In this document: positions 56,823 to 64,000 of the stretch, piece by piece
How positions within the stretch are numbered: the first letter of the stretch is position 1
How the letters are laid out: each line of letters starts with the position of its first letter
DNA from: an uncultured Acidobacteriota bacterium
GTDB lineage: Bacteria > Acidobacteriota > Thermoanaerobaculia > Gp7-AA8
Length of the DNA: 64,000 bases
Assembly: GCA_963822445.1 (NCBI GenBank)
Contig: CAWGHO010000002.1
Coordinates: forward strand, 1,664,001 to 1,728,000
Direction of reading: 5' to 3'
The notes under the pieces: model-generated
Told to the model about the DNA's origin: nothing
What the model saw: only the letters and a program-made list of their open reading frames with translations
Databases searched by the model: none
Program-made: the position numbers and the translations under genes

Positions 56823-59807
56823 ATGAAGCGTAGTTTTCTAACGCTGTTCGCTGTCATGCTTCTCCTGGTCGGCTCGATTCCGTTAGCCGCTCAGGAGCAG
56901 ACAGGTTCCATCGAAGGAACCGTCAAAGACAGCTCAGGTGCAGTGCTGCCCGGTGTGACCGTGGAAGCCACGGGCACAGGCGCGGGCACGGTGACGTCCG
57001 TCACCGATTCGAATGGCCAGTACCGGTTCCCGCGTCTGCCCAGCGGCCGGTATCAGGTCAAGGCTTCGCTGATGGGTTACAACACCGCATCGGCGACCAA
57101 CATCGATCTGACCCTCGGCAAGACCGCGACGGTCAATCTCACGATGAATCTGGCCACCGTTTCCGAGACCATCACGGTCACGGCTGACGCGCCGGTCGTC
57201 GACGTGACGCAGAGTGCGACCAACACGTCGATCGCTCGTGAGCAGCTCGAGATGATTCCGAAGGGCCGTGACTTCACGTCGGTCGTCGCTCAGGCGGCGG
57301 GCGCGTCGAACGAAGCGTTCGTCGGCGGTATCTCGATCGACGGTGCGTCCGGTTCCGAGAACCGTTTCGTCATCGACGGTGTTGACACCACCCACCCGCA
57401 GGACGGTCTGTCGGGTCAGGGCATGATCACGGATTTCGTCGAAGAAATTCAGGTCAAGTCCGCTGGTTACGCCGCTGAGTTCGGCGGATCGGTTGGCGGC
57501 GTCATCAACGCCGTCACCAAGACCGGCACCAACGACTTCAACGGCTGGGTTGGCGCGTACCTGAGCGACTCCAGCTGGGAAGGCGACGAGCGCCCGGTTG
57601 CATACGGTTCCGACGGAACGTATCGGGTTTTCGACAAGGATGACGCCCAGCGCCTCGAGCCGGGTATCGCCCTCGGCGGACCGATCCTCCGCGACCGCCT
57701 GTGGTTCTTCGCGGGCTACAGCCCGACTCTGATCAGCACCAACCGCACCCCGTCGGGCTCGACCCGCGAGTTCTCGCAGGACGACACCCGCACCTACTTC
57801 ACGGGTAACGTGAAGGGCAACATCGGTTCGAAGTTCCTCTTCAAGGCGGCGGCGAACATCACTCCGCGCGAAGTCGACGGCATTCTCCCGGCGCGCGACA
57901 ACACCACGCCGGCCGATGCGAACCTGGACATCACCACCGAGTTCCCGACCAGCAGCTACTCGGCGTACGCCGACTTCCTGCCGTCGACGAACTTCTACGT
58001 CAGCGGCCGCGTTGGCCAGTACAACATCGACACGACCACCTCGGGTGTCGGTACCGCGCCGCGCATCTTCTTCCGCGATCGCGACAACTCCGCGTTCGTT
58101 CCCACGACCGACCCGCTGTATCGCCCCCGCAGCTTCTCCTCGGTTCCGGCTGCCTCGCACGCCGAGACCACCCAGGACGAGTGGGAGCGCCTCTCCGGTT
58201 CAGTCGACGCCAACTACTTCCTGAATGCCTTCGGTCAGCACGCCTTCAAGGCTGGTGTCCAGATGGAGAACATTCAGAACCAGGTTTCCTCTGGTGAGCC
58301 CTCCAACCTGATGACCTTCCGCTGGGGCCTGCCGGATCGCTTCGGCGCCGGCGTCATCGGCACTCACGGCTCGCTCGGCGTCCGCCGCTTCCGCACGGAA
58401 GGCGCGGCCGAGAGCGAGAACCTCGGCTTCTACCTTCAGGATGCATGGCAGGTTCGCCCGAACCTGACCCTCAACCTCGGCGTCCGCACCGAGTCCGAGA
58501 AGGTTCCGAACTACGGCGCCAAGGTCGATCCGACCCTGCCGGAGTGGGCCATCGAGTTCGACTACGGCGACAAGATCGCTCCGCGCCTCGGCTTCGCGTG
58601 GGACGTCTTCTCGAACCAGCGCATGAAGGTTTACGGCAGCTACGGCGACTACTACGACATCACGAAGATCGAGATGCCGCGTGGCTCGTTCGGCGCCGAC
58701 AAGTGGATCGAGTACCTCTGGCCGGTCAACACCGCCAACTGGCAGGCGCTCGTGAATTCCGCGAACTGCACCGCGTCCAGCAACAACCCGAGCGTCAATC
58801 CTTGCCCGGGCCTCGGAGCGCCGTCGGTCACTCTCGACCTCCGTCACCCGACCAACCCGCACGATGCCATCGACCCGGACCTCAAGCCGATGCAGCAGCG
58901 TGAGTTCCAGCTGGGCACCGACTGGCAGCTCTCGCCGATGTCCGTCATCGGTGCGCGTTACGTCAACAAGACCCTCATCAACACCATCGAAGACATCGGC
59001 TTCCTCGTCGAGACTTCGCCTGGCGTTCGTGAGGAGCACTACATCACGGGCAACCCCGGCAAGGGCCTCGTGGCTGGCGATCCCGCCGGTCCCGCGCCGT
59101 CGCAGCCGGAAGCCATCCGCGACTACGAAGCGATCGAGCTCACCTTCAACCGCCTGTTCAGCGTCTGGTCGCTCCGCGCGGCCTACACGTACAGCAAGCT
59201 CGAGGGCAACTACTCGGGTCTCGCGAGCTCTGACGAGTTCGGCCGTACCGACCCGAACGTCGCCCGCTACTTCGACGCGCTTCACAACGCGTTCGACCAG
59301 AACGGCGACCCGGTCGTCGGCCCGCTGACCACCGATCGCCCGCACGCGTTCGAAGTGCAGGGTCTCTATCGCGCCCCGTGGAACACCCACATCGGTGTGA
59401 ACTTCTCCTGGGCTTCGGGTACCCCGATCTCCGAGGAAGTCTCCTACATCGGCGTGCCGTTCTTCCCGCACGGCCGTGCCAACCAGGGCCGCACCCCGAG
59501 CGTGACCACCGTCGACCTGCTGCTCACCCAGCCGTTCGAAGTGCGCGGTTACCGCATCGAGGCCAGCCTGAACGTCCTCAACCTGCTCGACAGCGACACC
59601 GCGACGCAGATCGAGAACAACCACTACCTGTCCGACCTGTGCGACGTCTACGGCGATGACTGCGACCACTCGCAGGACTTCTTCTTCGCCCAGGACCGCA
59701 ACATCGACCAGGTCATGGCCGGTGAAGATGTCGATCCGTTCTACCTGAAGCCCCTGGCGTTCCAGGCGCCCCGCGCCGTCCGCCTCGGACTGAAGTTCAT
59801 CTTCTAG
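56823..59807 (+). CDS. TonB-dependent receptor, Oar-like, with N-terminal carboxypeptidase-regulatory domain
   Basis: GSIEGTVKDSSGAVLPGVTV; AEFG...GGVINAVTKTGTN; YLQDAW; PRLGFAWD; C-terminal F. Confidence 0.95.
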   Translation: MKRSFLTLFAVMLLLVGSIPLAAQEQTGSIEGTVKDSSGAVLPGVTVEATGTGAGTVTSVTDSNGQYRFPRLPSGRYQVKASLMGYNTASATNIDLTLGKTATVNLTMNLATVSETITVTADAPVVDVTQSATNTSIAREQLEMIPKGRDFTSVVAQAAGASNEAFVGGISIDGASGSENRFVIDGVDTTHPQDGLSGQGMITDFVEEIQVKSAGYAAEFGGSVGGVINAVTKTGTNDFNGWVGAYLSDSSWEGDERPVAYGSDGTYRVFDKDDAQRLEPGIALGGPILRDRLWFFAGYSPTLISTNRTPSGSTREFSQDDTRTYFTGNVKGNIGSKFLFKAAANITPREVDGILPARDNTTPADANLDITTEFPTSSYSAYADFLPSTNFYVSGRVGQYNIDTTTSGVGTAPRIFFRDRDNSAFVPTTDPLYRPRSFSSVPAASHAETTQDEWERLSGSVDANYFLNAFGQHAFKAGVQMENIQNQVSSGEPSNLMTFRWGLPDRFGAGVIGTHGSLGVRRFRTEGAAESENLGFYLQDAWQVRPNLTLNLGVRTESEKVPNYGAKVDPTLPEWAIEFDYGDKIAPRLGFAWDVFSNQRMKVYGSYGDYYDITKIEMPRGSFGADKWIEYLWPVNTANWQALVNSANCTASSNNPSVNPCPGLGAPSVTLDLRHPTNPHDAIDPDLKPMQQREFQLGTDWQLSPMSVIGARYVNKTLINTIEDIGFLVETSPGVREEHYITGNPGKGLVAGDPAGPAPSQPEAIRDYEAIELTFNRLFSVWSLRAAYTYSKLEGNYSGLASSDEFGRTDPNVARYFDALHNAFDQNGDPVVGPLTTDRPHAFEVQGLYRAPWNTHIGVNFSWASGTPISEEVSYIGVPFFPHGRANQGRTPSVTTVDLLLTQPFEVRGYRIEASLNVLNLLDSDTATQIENNHYLSDLCDVYGDDCDHSQDFFFAQDRNIDQVMAGEDVDPFYLKPLAFQAPRAVRLGLKFIF

Positions 59808-59834
59808 TCGTTCGGAAAACTCAGTAACAGGAAG

Positions 59835-59867
59835 AGCGGCGCGCCTCACGGCGCGCCGCTTTTTTTT
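59835..59867 (+). terminator. Intrinsic terminator
   Basis: AGCGGCGCGCC-TCAC-GGCGCGCCGCT-TTTTTTT. Confidence 0.93.
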
Positions 59868-59886
59868 GCTCGGATGGAGAGGCTCG

Positions 59887-60615
59887 ATGGTTCCAATCGG
59901 TCGTGTTCTCGAGTTGGCGAGGTATCCGGTCAAGTCGATGGCCGGAGTGCCGGCGGAATCAGCTCATCTTGGCTGGCACGGTCTGGCCGGCGATCGCCGG
60001 TTCGCCTTCCGGCGCCTGGCGGATACCAGCGGATTCCCCTGGCTCTCAGCGAGCCGTCTTCCCGAGCTTCTGCTCTACCACCCGATCGGACTCAGTGAAG
60101 GCACGGGCGAGCCACTGCCAACGCACGTCCGCACGCCGGCGGGGATCGAGCTCGAGATCCGCAGTGAAGCGCTCCAGGCGGAGATCGGTGAACGGCTCGG
60201 AAGCGGCGTCGAGCTGATGATGCTCAAGCACGGGATCTTCGACGATGGCGCGGTTTCCCTGATCGATCTGGCGACGATCGCGCGTATCGGCGCCGAAGCC
60301 GGAGTGGTGGATCTCGATCGCCGGCGCATGCGCGCGAACATCGTGCTCGAGACAGACGACTCCGCGGCCTTTGCCGAGGATCAGTGGGTCGGCAGGACAC
60401 TCGTATTCGGCGACACGGAGCCGATGCCGGCCTTGAGCATCACCGCCCGCGACTTGCGATGCGTCATGGTCAACCTCGATCCCGACACCGGCAAACAGGA
60501 CCCGCGGGTGATGAAGGCTGTCGTTCGCCTGAACGACAACAACGCCGGCGTTTACGGCACGGTGGTGCGCACCGGCATGATCCACGTCGGACAGACGGTG
60601 AGGCTGGTGTCGTGA
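59887..60615 (+). CDS. MOSC-domain protein
   Basis: RYPVKSM, GDRRFA, RRMRANI, ED.W, RCVMV, GVYGTV...G.IHVG. Confidence 0.92.
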   Translation: MVPIGRVLELARYPVKSMAGVPAESAHLGWHGLAGDRRFAFRRLADTSGFPWLSASRLPELLLYHPIGLSEGTGEPLPTHVRTPAGIELEIRSEALQAEIGERLGSGVELMMLKHGIFDDGAVSLIDLATIARIGAEAGVVDLDRRRMRANIVLETDDSAAFAEDQWVGRTLVFGDTEPMPALSITARDLRCVMVNLDPDTGKQDPRVMKAVVRLNDNNAGVYGTVVRTGMIHVGQTVRLVS

Positions 60616-61058
60616 ATCAGTCAGCCGGACGCTCGGGAGACGCGGAAGAGCGCGACGATCCGCAACCATTCGACTGGTCGGAGGCCCTCGAGCTCATCGT
60701 GCTGATGACGGAGATGGAAACCAGTTGTACGGAATTCGTGCTGGGAGCGCAGCCGCCGTTTGCACTGGCGCCCGACGAGCTGGAAGACCTCTCGATCGTC
60801 GACCGTACCGTGAGAGATCTATGGGCGCGCTACCGGCCTGCAACACCATTGCGGCACCGTTTCGCAACGATTGCGGAGGAGAACGCCGCCGTCGATACGT
60901 ACGAGGCAGAGAAGGAGCGGCTCCGCGAGCTGCTGCGACATCTCATCGCGGATGATTCATGGCGAGCACAGTTCTCGATCGCCGACCACGCCGCGATCGA
61001 GCTCGTTCGATCAATCGTCGTCTCGCGCAATGCTGGCGGCGGCAGTTCGCCGGAGTAG
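60612..61058 (+). CDS. Hypothetical protein
   Basis: GTGA overlap with the MOSC gene; helical and acidic; no family recognised. Confidence 0.5.
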   Translation: MNQSAGRSGDAEERDDPQPFDWSEALELIVLMTEMETSCTEFVLGAQPPFALAPDELEDLSIVDRTVRDLWARYRPATPLRHRFATIAEENAAVDTYEAEKERLRELLRHLIADDSWRAQFSIADHAAIELVRSIVVSRNAGGGSSPE

Positions 61059-61379
61059 CGAAAGCAACGTCGCCGCAACGAACAGTGCACCCACGACGAC
61101 GAGTTGCGCGACGCTTGCGCGACTCACGATCCCGGCGGTGATCGCGAAAATGGTCATCACGACATTGGCAACCACGCATACGCGCTGAACGCCGGGCGCC
61201 GCCGCTCCGTACCGGTGGTTGAGAAGATTCAGCCCGCCGACCAGCATCATCGCCAGTCCGCCGCTCACGAACCAGAGCGCGCGTTCCGACAGTTCGCTGA
61301 AGATCTTCGTGGCCGCAAGGCTGTGGAAGAGGCCGAACAGGATGATCGCCCAGCCGATTGCCGGATAGATTCGCCGCAT
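61011..61379 (-). CDS. Small 4-TM membrane protein
   Basis: Four hydrophobic segments; ALWFVSGG...LN. Confidence 0.65.
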   Translation of the reverse strand: MRRIYPAIGWAIILFGLFHSLAATKIFSELSERALWFVSGGLAMMLVGGLNLLNHRYGAAAPGVQRVCVVANVVMTIFAITAGIVSRASVAQLVVVGALFVAATLLSLLRRTAAASIARDDD

Positions 61380-61440
61380 CTGCTGCACCCGCTGGCCCGG
61401 CCATTCGCCAGTGGCTGAATGGCCGGGCGGAGAATCAGTC

Positions 61441-63189
61441 TTACGACGCGGGAACCGCGGCCGTCGAAATGTCGACGCGGGTGCTGCCCCAGATGCCGGT
61501 GGTCGTTTCTTCGATCACCAGGAGGATCGACGAGGCCGCGGGAGGAACATCGATCGGAGTGCGGAAGCGGAACACGCCATCTTTGAGGTCGTAGTTCGGA
61601 ACAGCGCGATACGCCACGACCGCCTCTGTGCCGACGCGGATGGCCATCGTGATCCGGAAGTGCCCCCTCGATTCGGCACCGAGCATCCGCTTGACGAGAT
61701 CGACGTTCGCGACCGCGCGCAACGTTCCGGATTTCTTCGGCCCGTTCGTCGCTTCCCACTCGACCGTTCCTTCCGTCGAAAGATCCCCCGTGTAGGTGGC
61801 GCCGTTGATCAGGCCCAGGGCTCGGGTGCGGGCCACCTCGTCGGGTGTCGTCGCCATCACGAAGCGGGCGGTGCGAACGGTGAGATTCGGATCGCGCGGC
61901 TTCACTTCGACCTTCCGCGTCTGTCCGTCCGGCTTGCGATCGACCTGGTAGGTGATCTTGAGCCGGTCATCCAGGCCTTCCATCACGCCGCGGAGATGAG
62001 AGCTGTTCGGGACGACCTTGCCGCCGGTGACCTCGGCCATCGCGTTCAGCGGATCGTGGGGTCTGTAGAAAAACGCCTTCGGATTGCCCATCGGCTTCAC
62101 GTAGCGCGCTCCGCCGACCCGGCCGATTCCCGAGGTCGACGTGTCATCGACATACCCGTCGTTGTAGTTGTCGCTTGGGATCAGCACGCTCGTCCACGCA
62201 CCGGCCACGAGCATCTCGGCCATCCGCGCCGCCGATCCGCCGATCTGCGCCGATGAAACGTAACTCTTCAGCGCGAGACGAACGGTTGGTGACGCCGCTT
62301 CGCCGTAGAACTCTGCCGGGTCGAGATCGAAGCCGTCGGTCACCATCAGCAGGTTGCGGGGTACGCGGCGGGGGTAGGAACTGAGCCAGGCGACGAGCGA
62401 ATCGCGGAAGTTCGAGATTGCGGCGATCTCCTGTTCGACGTAGGGAAGGATCTCGTTCGTGCCGATGACGCGCAGCGGGTCCTTGGTCCCGTCGAGCTCC
62501 TCGCGACCCTTGGGGTCCATGGTGTACTTGTACTTCCGGTCCCGCTCGTCCTCGACCTCGATATACGGCCGCTCCTCGTAATCGGTACGGACGGTCTGCT
62601 GGATCTGCGAGGTCTTCCACGCTTCCATGTTGCCCAGCGCGCCGACTTCCCGATTGAACTGGCGGCGGTGCGCTGCCAGTTGATTGGTGCCCTTGGAGGC
62701 CACGATCTTCTCCAGCGCCTTCCGGATCGCGGCGGCGTCGCGGGAGTTCCTGACCAGCGCCACCGGCGTGGGATCGGCCAACACGACATCGACGGTGCCC
62801 ATCTGCACGAGCCTGTCGACGTGCTTCATCATTTCCTTGGCCGCGGAGATCCGGCCCGCCGAATTCGACAGAGCAGTCTCGAAGTAGAGGACGTTCTGCC
62901 AGAGCGTCTGCCGCGGTTGCTCGGCTGCCGGAGCCGGCGCTGCAGCCGTCTGCACCTTCGCGCCTTTCGGCGCACGAAGGTATTCGACACCGACCACCGT
63001 GCGCTGGATGCCGTTCTCCAGCACCACGAAGTCCGCCGGCTGCAGGCCGGCAGGCACGTTCCCCTTGGCATCGCGCACGTCGGCGACCACCTCGACGGCC
63101 GTGACGTAGAGCTGTTCGCTGTTCGTTGCCGGTTGCTGCGCGGATACGACGACTGCGATGGAGAGAACGAGGGCCAGTGCTGTGCGCAT
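61441..63189 (-). CDS. Secreted VWA-related (acidobacterial VWFA-like) protein
   Basis: Signal peptide; VEVVADVRDAKG...GLQPADFVVLENG; LLMVTDG; MAEVTGG; RKVEVK. Confidence 0.8.
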   Translation of the reverse strand: MRTALALVLSIAVVVSAQQPATNSEQLYVTAVEVVADVRDAKGNVPAGLQPADFVVLENGIQRTVVGVEYLRAPKGAKVQTAAAPAPAAEQPRQTLWQNVLYFETALSNSAGRISAAKEMMKHVDRLVQMGTVDVVLADPTPVALVRNSRDAAAIRKALEKIVASKGTNQLAAHRRQFNREVGALGNMEAWKTSQIQQTVRTDYEERPYIEVEDERDRKYKYTMDPKGREELDGTKDPLRVIGTNEILPYVEQEIAAISNFRDSLVAWLSSYPRRVPRNLLMVTDGFDLDPAEFYGEAASPTVRLALKSYVSSAQIGGSAARMAEMLVAGAWTSVLIPSDNYNDGYVDDTSTSGIGRVGGARYVKPMGNPKAFFYRPHDPLNAMAEVTGGKVVPNSSHLRGVMEGLDDRLKITYQVDRKPDGQTRKVEVKPRDPNLTVRTARFVMATTPDEVARTRALGLINGATYTGDLSTEGTVEWEATNGPKKSGTLRAVANVDLVKRMLGAESRGHFRITMAIRVGTEAVVAYRAVPNYDLKDGVFRFRTPIDVPPAASSILLVIEETTTGIWGSTRVDISTAAVPAS

Positions 63190-63201
63190 GGGTAACCTTT
63201 C

Positions 63202-64000
63202 TTAAGAAGCCGGTGTTGCTGTCGGAACGTCTACGCGGGTGCTGCCCCAGATGCCGGTGGTTGTTTCTTCGATGACCAGAACGACCGCCGTAGCATTCGG
63301 CGGGAGATCGAGAGGAGTGCGGAACCGGAAAACCCCTTCAGTCAGATCGTAGTCGGGAACGGCGCGGTTCACGACCACTGCTTCCCTGCCGATCTGCACG
63401 GCCAGGGTGATGCGGAACTGCCCTTTCGCGCCTGCCGGAAGCAGTTGTTTGACGAGATCCACTTTTGACACAGCGCGAAGCGTGCCCGTCTTCTTCGGCC
63501 CCGGCGATGCGGCCCATTCGACAGAGCCTTCCGTCGCAAGATCGCCCTGATAGGTTGCGGACCTGAGCAGGCCGGCCGCACGGGTCTTGGCCATGTCTTC
63601 GGGGGTGGCCGAGGTGACGAAGCGGGCCGCGCGCACTTTGAGATTCGCATTGCGCGAGCGGACTTCGATCTTGCGCGGCTTTCCATCGGGCTTGCGATCG
63701 ACCTGATAGGTGAGCTTCACCCGGTCGTCGAGACTGTCGAGGACACCGCTGAGATGCGCGCTGTTCGCTACGACCTTGCCGCCGGTCGCGTCCGCGACGG
63801 CATTCAGAGGATCGTGCGGACGATAAAAGAACGCCTTTGGGTTGCCGACCGGCTTCTTGGCGAGGCTGCCCATCCGGCCAATTCCCGAGACCGTGCTGTC
63901 GTCGACCCAGCCGTCGGCGTTGTTGTCGCTGGGAATGCTGATGGTCGTCCAGGCGCCCGATGCCAGAGCTTCGGCCATCCGTTCCGCGGTGGTGCCCAGG
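63202..64000 (-). CDS. Paralogue of the VWA-related protein; 5'-truncated at window edge
   Basis: Near-identical blocks GNPKAFFYRPHDPLNA, LTYQVDRKPDG and EETTTGIWGSTRVD. Confidence 0.85.
   Translation of the reverse strand, partial: LGTTAERMAEALASGAWTTISIPSDNNADGWVDDSTVSGIGRMGSLAKKPVGNPKAFFYRPHDPLNAVADATGGKVVANSAHLSGVLDSLDDRVKLTYQVDRKPDGKPRKIEVRSRNANLKVRAARFVTSATPEDMAKTRAAGLLRSATYQGDLATEGSVEWAASPGPKKTGTLRAVSKVDLVKQLLPAGAKGQFRITLAVQIGREAVVVNRAVPDYDLTEGVFRFRTPLDLPPNATAVVLVIEETTTGIWGSTRVDVPTATPAS

Overview
High-GC bacterial chromosomal segment. The gene content (Oar-like TonB receptor, tandem VWA-related secreted proteins, long GreA, Arg-rich RRRA-type tails) suggests Acidobacteriota, probably Thermoanaerobaculia; this is inference. 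Layout: (1) 1.1-5.7 kb, a divergent chaperone-usher-like pilus operon whose outer-membrane protein ends in a SPOR domain. (2) 5.8-24.6 kb, a dense signalling block: a receiver-ECF sigma fusion, a complete Wsp/Frz-like chemosensory operon ending in a triple-REC histidine kinase plus an Rcp1-like regulator, REC-EAL, NarL and PAS kinases. An ars-type aquaporin and arsM flank blocks 1-2. (3) 25-64 kb, mostly housekeeping and envelope genes: mpl, long greA, LytS/LytTR, ferredoxin, YjgR-like ATPase, lepA, RsbW/RsbV, selD, EF-G2, a Ser/Thr kinase, pccB, a TonB receptor, MOSC and VWA paralogues. Features the ORF track misses: selD contains an in-frame UGA (Sec) with a SECIS-like hairpin; a half-size TldD/TldE-like pair is coupled to the Ser/Thr kinase, with a perfect 25-bp palindrome read in frame inside the TldD-like gene; a candidate CRP/FNR-activated ~55-nt sRNA lies next to a 165-nt hairpin and a duplicated gene 3' end; many genes look leaderless; several unrelated REP-like palindrome families occur. 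I saw no tRNA, rRNA, CRISPR array, integrase or transposase. All calls come from reading motifs by eye; no database searches were run.
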